Program-made: the position numbers and the translations under genes | DNA from: Perkinsela sp. CCAP 1560/9 | Taxonomy: Eukaryota; Protista; Euglenozoa: Kinetoplastea | Length of the DNA stretch: 63,891 nucleotides | Reading direction: 5' to 3' | NCBI GenBank assembly: GCA_965644495.1 | Contig: CBFFSA010000001.1 | Location: 434,001 to 497,891, forward strand | Part shown: positions 23,757 to 33,184 of the stretch, in pieces | How positions within the stretch are numbered: position 1 is the stretch's first letter | Layout of the letters: the number at the start of each line of letters is the position of its first letter | The notes under the pieces: model-generated | The model's input: only the letters and a program-made list of their open reading frames with translations | What the model was told of the DNA's origin: nothing | Databases searched by the model: none

Positions 23757-24109
23757 GACGAAAGAAGGAAAAAAATCGAGTAATAGAAATGCCTAAATTG
23801 AATAAGTAAGTTGGATATGTAAATTGAAATTGTAAAAATATACTTTTGGTGCACTGGATATGATAATCTAAAAACTTTTGGTGAACTGGATATGATAACT
23901 TGGTGCACTGGACATGATAATCCACCCTTTAAACGGAAAACAAGGCGCAAACGTGAAATAATATCAAATAAGAATAGAGGTAACCTCACATAAACCTCAG
24001 GTTTATGTGTACGTGCTTCGGAGTTGTCAAAGAAGAAACCTTTCGGCAACCTTTCGCATTTTAGTTGTTTATGCCTTAAAAACGGACTGGTTACAAACAT
24101 CGCTGACAT

Positions 24110-25525
24110 TTACTTGAAAACGGTATCACCAGCCGCACACAGTTTGTCGTGCATGATGCTATGACGTATCGCCACACCATTGGTTCGAAGTTTGTGATGA
24201 CGTGATGTACGAAAATAAAAAATAATTTTTTCTGCAAAACGTTTTTTTAACATTTGTGCGTCGTTATAGCGTGTGTCTTGCGCAGGTATGTCTGATAACG
24301 CAGATATAATATCATAAGTCGCGTGAGGAGGGACGCAAATATATTTAACGTTTGGATTATCTCCCCGAGGTCTCGGCCCGGAGGAGTCGGGTAGTATGGT
24401 ATTACTTTCTGTACATTCTCTTATTTCGTAGTCGTAAGGAGGTGACAGAACCAATTGAGTACCAATTTCGTTTCCCAAGGAGAACTTCTTTGAGTTATCC
24501 TCAAAAAAAGGTATAAACAAGGGTGGATCGTCATCGTCAAGATTCTGATGATATGGATATTCAGGGTTGGCCCTTATATCTTGAAACAAATCCTTTGAAA
24601 CAAGTAATTGAAGAAGAGCTTTGAAAATTGAAGGAGCCCATTCGGTGCGAAGCACTGAGACATCGGAAGGGTCTTCATCAGGAAGCATTTCTCTTGATTC
24701 ATATCGCTCTATGTGTTGTCGCGCAATATCCTGTGCACATGCATGTACCATATTATCGTATGAGATAAGCCCCTCCCATGGACAGAAAGTTTCAAAAGCA
24801 ACGATGTAAGGGCAGATACCGTTGAATAGCATTGGTACTTCAATATGAGCTAAGCAACATGCATCAAAGTAAATAGCATTTAGGTGGGGTAGAGGACCAA
24901 GTGCGCGCAGAGTATCGGCAATATCACGGATGCTCAGAGCGTGACTCACATCATGTACACCCTCATCCATAAAAAGATGTAAACCTTTGGCATGAGAACT
25001 AAAGTAAAGTGCTGTTAACGATGACGCATCACCCACACACTCTTTGATAAACCATTGAAAAGTGGAAAGATGACCCATAGGTCCCGGGATATCCACTTTT
25101 CTGTGCGAGGTATGCACATCCACAAGATCACAAAAGCTTGAGTCTTCGGAGCATGCAGAATTATCAAACGTGTGAGGAAAATCGGATGATATTTTTTCAG
25201 CATTTGTCAGCTCTAATTTCGACTCAGAAGCGATAGGCAAAACCTCTTCTTCATTTCCCCGTATTTCAAGACAAGAAGCTTTGCCTTTGTGCGAAACAAG
25301 AACGACATATCGATCCTGTGGAGAAAGAATTCGCTGTTGTTGGTTGTTTAGTCGTACACCTTGTGACACAATTTTGTGCTTAATATCGTATATGACGTGC
25401 GATAAAGGAAAGTCACCTGCTCCGTAGTAGAAAGCTGCTGTGCGAACACTCTCACTGTTTCTGTCAGTTTGCTTGAAGTCAGTCATATGCAAATAGTAAG
25501 AATAAGATAAAACATAGATTATCAT
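24110..25525 (-). CDS. Clostripain-family (C11, clan CD) cysteine peptidase
   Basis: ALYFSSHAKG (catalytic His) and IYFDACCLAHIEV (catalytic Cys) match the C11 pattern. The start may be the second Met (MTDFK). Confidence 0.75.
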   Translation of the reverse strand: MIIYVLSYSYYLHMTDFKQTDRNSESVRTAAFYYGAGDFPLSHVIYDIKHKIVSQGVRLNNQQQRILSPQDRYVVLVSHKGKASCLEIRGNEEEVLPIASESKLELTNAEKISSDFPHTFDNSACSEDSSFCDLVDVHTSHRKVDIPGPMGHLSTFQWFIKECVGDASSLTALYFSSHAKGLHLFMDEGVHDVSHALSIRDIADTLRALGPLPHLNAIYFDACCLAHIEVPMLFNGICPYIVAFETFCPWEGLISYDNMVHACAQDIARQHIERYESREMLPDEDPSDVSVLRTEWAPSIFKALLQLLVSKDLFQDIRANPEYPYHQNLDDDDPPLFIPFFEDNSKKFSLGNEIGTQLVLSPPYDYEIRECTESNTILPDSSGPRPRGDNPNVKYICVPPHATYDIISALSDIPAQDTRYNDAQMLKKRFAEKIIFYFRTSRHHKLRTNGVAIRHSIMHDKLCAAGDTVFK

Positions 25526-25754
25526 TGGCCCCCGTGACCGAAAGGATAAAATAATATCTGCTTATGAACCTCGATGCTCATTGAAAAGGAATATTCCAAT
25601 GTCCTAGCCAATAATGCTAGTCAACAATTTATAATGGTATCGTGTTTAGTGTTCTCTTCCATTTGAAAAACAATACATTTTCCTAATCAAATCCTAAGAA
25701 GACTTTGCAACACTTCGACATTCTTGATCTTAACACTAACTCCCTTCATAGTGG

Positions 25755-26342
25755 TTATTTTTTCCCCTTCTTGCCTTTCCAGTTGCTCTTGGGTCGCTCC
25801 GACACAGGCTTGTTCTTCAAGAGGATGCCATCAAACTCCTTTTTGAACCAGTCCTGCGCTTCTTTCTTCGTTACTCGGTGGTGCAAGCCAACAACCCCTG
25901 GGGCGTGGCGTCGACGACTGACACGAGTGCCTGGGCGTTTCAACACTACGTGGAAGTCCATTCCATAGATCCCTGTGCTGGGGTCGTACTTAAGTCCCAA
26001 ATCAATATGCTCGCTGATTCCAAACCCAAAAGTGCCCTCGTTACTAAAGTTATCTGCATAGAGCTCGAACTCCTTGACTTTCAGTCCGCGCTCTAAGATC
26101 TCCCGAGCACGCTCGCCTCGTACTGTGGCGTACACAGCAATTTTTTCGTTTCGACGAATGCTGAAGCTTCGAATGGTTTTCTTCGATTTGGCGTGTACGG
26201 GCTTTTGACTCGACAACTGCTCAAGTACGCGAGAAGCCTTTGTAAGCTTGTCACCAGATTCTCCAACACCAATATTGATACAGAGCTTTTCAATTTTGAT
26301 TTGGCGCATCGGATTCTCCGATGCCTTCGAAGATTTCACCAT
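25755..26342 (-). CDS. RPL11: 60S ribosomal protein L11 (uL5)
   Basis: [22 protein letters not shown] and [20 protein letters not shown]. The start is ATG at 26342. Confidence 0.97.
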   Translation of the reverse strand: MVKSSKASENPMRQIKIEKLCINIGVGESGDKLTKASRVLEQLSSQKPVHAKSKKTIRSFSIRRNEKIAVYATVRGERAREILERGLKVKEFELYADNFSNEGTFGFGISEHIDLGLKYDPSTGIYGMDFHVVLKRPGTRVSRRRHAPGVVGLHHRVTKKEAQDWFKKEFDGILLKNKPVSERPKSNWKGKKGKK

Positions 26343-26573
26343 AGTAAATGAAGGGAGTAAAGACAAATTATCTGTAAGACAAGCTAAAACGATAGGAGAA
26401 GTTAAACCGAGCCCAACCCTTGTTAGCTCAACTCTAGTTTTTGCAAACGCTTTATTTGATAAGCTTCTTAAATTTTCCTTCATTTCATTAAAATCGAATG
26501 TGAAAAAATAGTCATGGGAAAATCTTCTTACACTTCTGTCTTACCCATCTTAAAACACAGATAATCCGCTTTT

Positions 26574-26918
26574 CTAAATTCGGCTTGGGAACATGTAGAC
26601 TCGGCACTTCTTCCCGATTGCTTGACTTGGTAGGTTGGGGTTAAATCGGGCACGCACGGCGCCACTCCCTCCGTGAGGCTTCACGACTCGGCCCCATATG
26701 ACGCGAATATGAGACCGACGTGAGGGGACCTGCCGGCTTCGAAAGCACTTTCGTGGCTTCAAAGCACGATAGACATACGCCACACGCTTGCCCTCATACC
26801 ACCTTGCCTCCTTAGCACTGTTGACTTCGTTGATATGAAGTATCGGTTGGTCGTTGTATTGATTAGCTTGATTGCGGCGAAACCCTGTCATCACTGCCCG
26901 TTGGAACAAACGCACCAT
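26574..26918 (-). CDS. RPL35A: 60S ribosomal protein L35a (eL33)
   Basis: GKRVAYVYRA, RVIWGRVVKPHGGSGAVRARF and MFPSRI. Confidence 0.96.
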   Translation of the reverse strand: MVRLFQRAVMTGFRRNQANQYNDQPILHINEVNSAKEARWYEGKRVAYVYRALKPRKCFRSRQVPSRRSHIRVIWGRVVKPHGGSGAVRARFNPNLPSQAIGKKCRVYMFPSRI

Positions 26919-27182
26919 TAAATTAAAAAGATTGGACTATTATATAGGATCTATTGTAGTAGTAGAAGTAAGAAATGATATATATTTTCTAGTAGTAAGC
27001 TTTAGTAGTTAGTAAGATAAACCTAAGACTTGCGAAACTTCAAAACAAACAAGAACAGACAAGGGAAAGGTGAAGACATAAAACAAAATAAAGAAAGATC
27101 ATCTGCCATTAAAGGATACAGTGAGATCTTGAACCTGAAACACAAATTCTTACACCTGCCAAGGTGCCTAAAAATCTTAATT

Positions 27183-30100
27183 CTATACTTGTGCAAAATA
27201 CCAAGGTGTTTGCTCGATATCGTTATATGAAAAAGGAATGAGCAAAGACATGACTTGATTACAGTTATCAAGCTTGTTTCGAATGCTCGGGTACATGCAA
27301 CTTGCTAAAGAAAAATACGTATGATACGCCCTTCCTGCATAGTGAAAAGTGTGTTCCTTGTCACCTATCTTTTCAACGAGATCTGCAAGTAAAATGTGTT
27401 CATCACAAGAAAAGACAAAATCGTTCAAATCTTCTAGTGTTAGGATCCACACCTCATAGTATCGTATACCGGGAATAAAATTGATGTGAGAGAGATTTTG
27501 AAAGTTAGGTGCTACGAAATTTAACAAACTTAAATTCAGAACGGGCTTTCGCAAAGAATTGTGCCTAACCAGAGATTTCGAAAAACCCGTCGTTTCATAA
27601 CTAGGAGATGATATGCCTTCTTTAGCGCCACCTGTCTCATCTATCCAAAGGGCAAGCCTACCCAAGGTTACTGCGGCCTTTTCTATTTCTATGAAATCAT
27701 GCGAATTCTTTGTAGAAAGGGGGAACGATTCCATAAGCACGAGGCTAATACCGTCTAGAACAGTATGTCCCTCAGATACTATGTGACTGATGGGTACAGA
27801 AAAGTTCAAAACATCCCACTCCGATGACAAATAGTCAGCACAAGAGACGGATTTAGACGCAATCGTACTCGGAAGATGAACTTCACACTCCCGTAAATCC
27901 TTGTGATTATGAAATCTCGCGTCCTCTGCGAAAGGAAAAAGCAATTCGGTTACGCAACTTTCATCCGGAATACGCGTTTCGTCTGCTTGTACCAGTGTTG
28001 CGCAATCAGTACGCACAACCAACGAAAGAGCGCAATTAGACGCTAAAGTTGTTGGTTTATGAAAAACGACCTCAACAGTAAGATTACCACTTTCACTACT
28101 GTTACATTTACAGTTTTTCAAATTTACGCAACATCCAAACATTGTTGTCTTTGCTAATCTTGGGGAATCCGATTCTGAAAAAGTACAACTGATATCGTTA
28201 TAGTGCAATTTACCCTCCCAACTGCACCCCCCATGAAAAGCTCGATTCATGCAGGGTTGTGACTCTATGTATGGTGCCCCCTTTTCCGAATTTTTTTTGT
28301 CTTCACCTATAGGGCACAACTCTTGCTGTGAAAGATGCTGCCATGGGAGTGCCTCAGCTACAGGACTGCCGAAACGACAAGTCTGGATACCGAATCCTGC
28401 GTTGAAATTTGTAGAAAACGGAAGACTTGTGATACAAGGCGTTACATGTGTAGGAAACAAAGTGGACCACAATAAATTGTCGCGAGAAATAAACCCGGTT
28501 CCCTGTGAACTTCCATCACAGTTGATTTGCATCCCCGAACTCGTTTCCCACGTCCAACCGGGGGCAAAAAGTGCCGACGAAAGGGATCTAGTATCGGTCA
28601 CCGCGCGATAAGACTCTGCGACGAGTTCAATTGAGGGCTTCTGACGAGGGGAGTTGCGACAAAATATGTCAATACCCACGTAAACTTTATGGGATAGTTC
28701 TCCCGCCATTTTTATACTGTGTTGCAAGTGAGCTTCCGTCCAGTGATAATCAGTAAAAATGCCATCACAAAGCTCAAAGAATGAACTATTCAGTGAACTA
28801 AGACAGGATTGCCATTGTAATTTGCCTTGCACTGTGACACTGTCGTACCAAAAAACATGACTTGCGGGATGCAAACTATGCATAGTTGCGGTTAATAGGG
28901 AAAGAAAATGCAGGAGATGCTCTACACCTCTAGGAGAAACAGGATTTTCTATGTTCACCAGCCATCCGTCGAAGTTGTAATACATCGCAATATTAGCCAA
29001 TTGACTTGCAACATGAGCAACGTTTGCTTCGCTATTCAAGAAATTTGAGCACTCATCAACCCCTTCTGACCACTCGGTTATGAAAGTTCCCAAGACAGGA
29101 ACTGAATTACTGTGAGCCACATCGATCCACACAGCGGGGGGAATTGTAACGCGATGATGGGAAAAATAGACAAACGTATCAATGCATTGCCAATGACGAA
29201 ATAAGTAGCCGGGAAAAGGATTTTCTGTAGATAAGGTGATGTCCTTACCCTGAGGATAACGGTCGGATTCTAAGTAGCCACCACGACAATCGTGACACAA
29301 GAAAGTGCGACTCGAAGCAAGAACTCTCTCCTGTGAATGAGTGGAACATTTTAAGGTCCTCTGGGTGGAAAGCAATAATTTGACGTGCGACTTGGCAATA
29401 ACTGAAGGAGGAATCCAATCCATGAGCTCTTTCATAGTATCGATTCCACTGCTCATAGAAAGTTTTAAGATGTTTATCGAAGATTTTGATATCAGGGCTT
29501 CATTCAATTTCAAACGTGCTTTCACTGGACCTCCGACAGCCATGTCAAAAGTGCTTTCTGGTAAAGTTCTTTCTGATACATCATTTTTGGCGTCCACGTT
29601 TACGGTGCCACTGACAGAAATCATCAAGGCTTCTTCTAGTTCTTCTTGAATTATTTCTTCCGAGACTGCGGAAATAAGCATTGGGATTGACACCGTACCT
29701 TCAAGTTTCGTAAACCGAAGTGAACAAGAGGTATTTTCGTTATTTGGTCCATTCGTAAAGCCAACCAAAAGCAAAGCTTCGACAATCTCGTTCTGTACGT
29801 GCGTCCACTCCTTACCAATTTGCAGAACACCGTAATTTATATCTTGAAATTCCTCCAAAAAACCTTCTAGTGACCGCCAAACTGACATTGCAATTATGAA
29901 GCCATGCGACCCAGGTGACGCTTGTAAAATTTGCTTGACTTTGGATATGAACATGTTTGCGTCGTATACTATTGGTGAAATTCCCTCTTTCAATACACTA
30001 TTGCAGTCATGTGTATCTTCAGCAACTTTAATGTTACCTATTGCAGAGGTTGTAGACGAGTTCGAAGCACTGGCCGAGTCGAAAAAGGCTCGGACCCATG

Positions 30101-30500
30101 GCGTGGAAAGAACAATATTCATCATTTCACGGACACATGCTGGAAGACTTTGTACGCCAAGATAAGAAGTAGCTTCCTCAGTGTAGTGGTTACAATTATT
30201 CTCCAGGAGGTGATATTTTGTTTTGTGAAATCGTGACATTGTGTGACACGGTACGTAAACGTTCCATTCGTCTACAGATCGAGTAGTAATGCCCAAACTT
30301 TGGATTCGAAGCGGTTTTCCGAATCGAGTCTTTCCAGCAGGGCCTTGCACAATCCCCTCGTGCGCATCAAAATAGCATTCAATACCCCCAAGAACAATGG
30401 ATGTGTGCCAGATCGCATCCAAGTGATGCCCAATCAGGGACTGGCTAAGCAACGCGGCGGTGCCACGAGATAAATCGTACATGTATAACAGCACCTCCAT
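27183..30500 (-). CDS. Fusion protein: PPPDE/DeSI peptidase + PUB-like + UIM + GH85 endo-beta-N-acetylglucosaminidase
   Basis: LYMYDLS..IWHTSIV..YHLLENNCNHY (PPPDE), EELEEALMIS (UIM), and CHDCRGGY, IDTFVYFSHHRVTIPP, FDGWLVNIE, WYDSVTVQGKLQWQ (GH85). Confidence 0.88.
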   Translation of the reverse strand: MEVLLYMYDLSRGTAALLSQSLIGHHLDAIWHTSIVLGGIECYFDAHEGIVQGPAGKTRFGKPLRIQSLGITTRSVDEWNVYVPCHTMSRFHKTKYHLLENNCNHYTEEATSYLGVQSLPACVREMMNIVLSTPWVRAFFDSASASNSSTTSAIGNIKVAEDTHDCNSVLKEGISPIVYDANMFISKVKQILQASPGSHGFIIAMSVWRSLEGFLEEFQDINYGVLQIGKEWTHVQNEIVEALLLVGFTNGPNNENTSCSLRFTKLEGTVSIPMLISAVSEEIIQEELEEALMISVSGTVNVDAKNDVSERTLPESTFDMAVGGPVKARLKLNEALISKSSINILKLSMSSGIDTMKELMDWIPPSVIAKSHVKLLLSTQRTLKCSTHSQERVLASSRTFLCHDCRGGYLESDRYPQGKDITLSTENPFPGYLFRHWQCIDTFVYFSHHRVTIPPAVWIDVAHSNSVPVLGTFITEWSEGVDECSNFLNSEANVAHVASQLANIAMYYNFDGWLVNIENPVSPRGVEHLLHFLSLLTATMHSLHPASHVFWYDSVTVQGKLQWQSCLSSLNSSFFELCDGIFTDYHWTEAHLQHSIKMAGELSHKVYVGIDIFCRNSPRQKPSIELVAESYRAVTDTRSLSSALFAPGWTWETSSGMQINCDGSSQGTGFISRDNLLWSTLFPTHVTPCITSLPFSTNFNAGFGIQTCRFGSPVAEALPWQHLSQQELCPIGEDKKNSEKGAPYIESQPCMNRAFHGGCSWEGKLHYNDISCTFSESDSPRLAKTTMFGCCVNLKNCKCNSSESGNLTVEVVFHKPTTLASNCALSLVVRTDCATLVQADETRIPDESCVTELLFPFAEDARFHNHKDLRECEVHLPSTIASKSVSCADYLSSEWDVLNFSVPISHIVSEGHTVLDGISLVLMESFPLSTKNSHDFIEIEKAAVTLGRLALWIDETGGAKEGISSPSYETTGFSKSLVRHNSLRKPVLNLSLLNFVAPNFQNLSHINFIPGIRYYEVWILTLEDLNDFVFSCDEHILLADLVEKIGDKEHTFHYAGRAYHTYFSLASCMYPSIRNKLDNCNQVMSLLIPFSYNDIEQTPWYFAQV

Positions 30501-30748
30501 TCGTTATTAACATGAAAGGCAATAAATTAAAGGAAGATGGATAAGGAATATAATCGCGGAAAACAAATACGCTCAATGTATCAGGACGGCGAATAGAACC
30601 TGTAATTTGTGCCAGTATGGATATCTAACTGTAGAAAGTAAGGATACCTCAAATTTTTGAGGATACTCAGAAATTCAACAATTTTTAAGAGCAGAACACA
30701 CTAACACGAAAATAATATCGAATTGACAATTCTTGAAAAGGATGATCC

Positions 30749-31969
30749 TCAAGAGCTTCTCTTCGATGAGTTCAAAAGTTTAATTCCCACACACGTAATT
30801 ATAGCACTCCGCTCATCCGATGTATCCTCGACTACCGAAAAAGCCACCCCAAAAAAGGACTTTAAAACGGAATTCATCACCCTTCTCGTTCTCGGTGAGA
30901 TCTCCCCACCCACGCGCACCTGTGACGGCAGACTCTGGGACAGCACCATGAGAAACACACACATCCCGACATGATGCACGTCGACACACCCCGCGCGTGC
31001 GATTTGATCCAGCAGCTCATCCGCACATTCTGTGGCTATCTCCTCCGCGACCTGTCCGCGTTGTGCGACGACCTCTGCCGTACACGTCGCCTCCTTCGTC
31101 GTGGACTCCGTGACGAGACAAATCCCGAAACCGGCGGAAGAGGAGGAAGAAGAAGGGGCCTGCATCGACGTCTGCCCCCCTTTTCCCACATCGGTGACGA
31201 CATAGACATCCGAGAGAAGGGGGAGAAGCCGTCCTTTGGCGCCCGTCGCCATCCGGTTGCACACATCCGGGGCGACCCGCAGGCCGTAGGCAATCCCTCG
31301 AACCTTTTTGACCTTTCCTCGGTGCGTGAGTTGAATGTGGTGAAGGAAACGAACGTTTTGGATGGTGAGCACGACTTTCCCTCTGGACTCGGTTTCAGAG
31401 GCCGTGGAGTCACGGCTCGGCGTAGGGTTCGTCTCGTTGTAAAGAATGCTGCGCTGAATAAGTTTGAGGGAACACTCCACACCAAATTTCCGAAGGAGTG
31501 GGAGTGTAACCGTGCGGAGGACGTCAATGCCAAGATCCAGACTGTGGTTTGTGACAACAGAGGTCAGGGTAATTTCAGTGCTGGATTTTGCGAAGGGACA
31601 GAGAATACAGGCGGCCTCAACCCAGTAGCCAAGGCCACGTGTCCCACAACAGGTGTGTGTTAAAGTTCCACCCTCAACTACGCCAGGGCGCATAGCTACG
31701 GAGCGCCCGTCCGGTGACACCTCAAATTTGGTCCCACTCGTGAGTCGTGACAGAAAATGTAAGAAATTTGCCTCGTGTGTCTGTATTCGTGTTGGTAGCT
31801 TCAAATTGATTGATTTGTTGCTGAGCAGCGACGCTATCAAGTAATAGCGAAAAAGAGAACGGTCACTAAAAGAAAGTGATTGTTGTAGTAGGTGTGATGT
31901 GCTTGATTCCGACTTGTGACTGACTTCAGCACTAGCAGAGGGGGGAGCATACCGTTCTTGAACCTTCAT
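30749..31969 (-). CDS. RCL1: RNA 3'-terminal phosphate cyclase-like protein RCL1
   Basis: HEANFLHFLSRLTSGT, RGLGYWVE..LCPFAK and GKVKKVRGIAY. Confidence 0.9.
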   Translation of the reverse strand: MKVQERYAPPSASAEVSHKSESSTSHLLQQSLSFSDRSLFRYYLIASLLSNKSINLKLPTRIQTHEANFLHFLSRLTSGTKFEVSPDGRSVAMRPGVVEGGTLTHTCCGTRGLGYWVEAACILCPFAKSSTEITLTSVVTNHSLDLGIDVLRTVTLPLLRKFGVECSLKLIQRSILYNETNPTPSRDSTASETESRGKVVLTIQNVRFLHHIQLTHRGKVKKVRGIAYGLRVAPDVCNRMATGAKGRLLPLLSDVYVVTDVGKGGQTSMQAPSSSSSSAGFGICLVTESTTKEATCTAEVVAQRGQVAEEIATECADELLDQIARAGCVDVHHVGMCVFLMVLSQSLPSQVRVGGEISPRTRRVMNSVLKSFFGVAFSVVEDTSDERSAIITCVGIKLLNSSKRSS

Positions 31970-32305
31970 AAATACAAGATTATGTAGATGCTACAAGAAA
32001 GCAGACAACAAAGATTGCTAGAGTAGCATTCAAAATTTGTAGGTTGCCGAAAAACGAACATCGAATATAAAAAAGTAGAAGACAAAGCACAAATAGAGAA
32101 ATACAGCAATACAAATCAGATTTTCCGCCCAACCGGAAGATCATTGAAAACTGCTCATCAATCATAGTGTACAGTACAATCTTATGCGTGTAGCACATAC
32201 ACGTCTATACAGGTGTGCTGTCAGGTGCTCAAAATAGAAGCCCACGCCGGCGTTAGTAAACACAGTCTACGATGTTGAACCAAAGGTACAAGGATACAGG
32301 TATTA

Positions 32306-32794
32306 TCATTGAAGCTTCGCAAGACGTTCAGCGTGTCTCCCTCCCTCAAACGCCGTTGTTACAAAAGTTTCCACAATGCATTTAATCACTTCCATCCCAA
32401 GCACTCGTGTCCCAAGACATAGCACATTGCAGTCATTGTGCTGCCGACACATACGCGCAGTGTACTCATTATGGCAAAGTGCTGCACGTATTGAAGCACC
32501 TAGTTTCGGATCAACCCGATATTTGTTCGCAGCGATTGACATACCAATTCCACTTCCACAGAGAAGAATTCCAGCAATGGGACCTTTCGCTGACCACTCC
32601 TGCGTGAGTTGTCCGCATAATTTGTGAGCCACATCGGGATAGTCCACCCGTGAAGCATCATGTGTGCCAACATCAATGATATCCACCATCCCAAGCGACG
32701 ATAGCAAAGTTTTTAGTTCTTCTTTTTCTTTGACGGCAGCATGATCGCTCCCGATAATCATTCTCTTGAAATGAAGAGAAGGATTTGTATTCAT
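32306..32794 (-). CDS. rpiB: Ribose-5-phosphate isomerase B
   Basis: GSDHA, DYPD, CGSGIGMSIAANK, RQHNDCNVLCLG and FEGGRH. Confidence 0.95.
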   Translation of the reverse strand: MNTNPSLHFKRMIIGSDHAAVKEKEELKTLLSSLGMVDIIDVGTHDASRVDYPDVAHKLCGQLTQEWSAKGPIAGILLCGSGIGMSIAANKYRVDPKLGASIRAALCHNEYTARMCRQHNDCNVLCLGTRVLGMEVIKCIVETFVTTAFEGGRHAERLAKLQ

Positions 32795-33184
32795 TGGATT
32801 GTAGATTTAAAAACTCAGCGTTTGATATTAACGAGTTTGTTATGTGTCTGTTTCCGAAAATGTAGTGTACAATGTATATGCTCGGTATTGTACTCTAAAA
32901 AATACGTTATAAAAGACAAGTTACATCCGCATATTTGCACACAGATATATTCGTTTTATCCCGACGAGTGCGTAACAACGTTTATAAACGTTGTAGTTCA
33001 GAATTTACCCCCTCTTAAATATTATCTTTTAAAATTGTCTGTTATACAGATGAACATGTATACATGTTCTATGAATGAGTGCATCACGCGAGAAAATTTT
33101 AATAGAGGAAATACTTAAAAATCAATGACCTGTAGATAAACGTGAGCACACTCTCCGGCGTATCTCCTAGAAAAACGCAAAGAA

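Larger units (their letters stand above)
22509..23924 (-). mobile_element. IS30-family insertion-sequence-like DNA transposon (decayed, with nested MITE)
   Basis: TIRs TGGATTATCATATCCAGTGCACCAA match 24/25. CCC is duplicated at 22506-22508 and 23925-23927. Extra TIR-core copies lie at 22576-22593, 23846-23868 and 23878-23898. IS30 transposase fragments lie inside. Confidence 0.9.

Noticed and set aside
22509-23924. CRISPR-like array suggested by repeated TTGGTGCACTGGATATGATAA units
   Set aside because: Only 2-3 units per end, inverted between ends and irregularly spaced. They are transposon terminal repeats, and there are no cas genes.
32306-32794. RpiB as a novel bacterial transfer
   Set aside because: Type B ribose-5-phosphate isomerase is already the known form in kinetoplastids.
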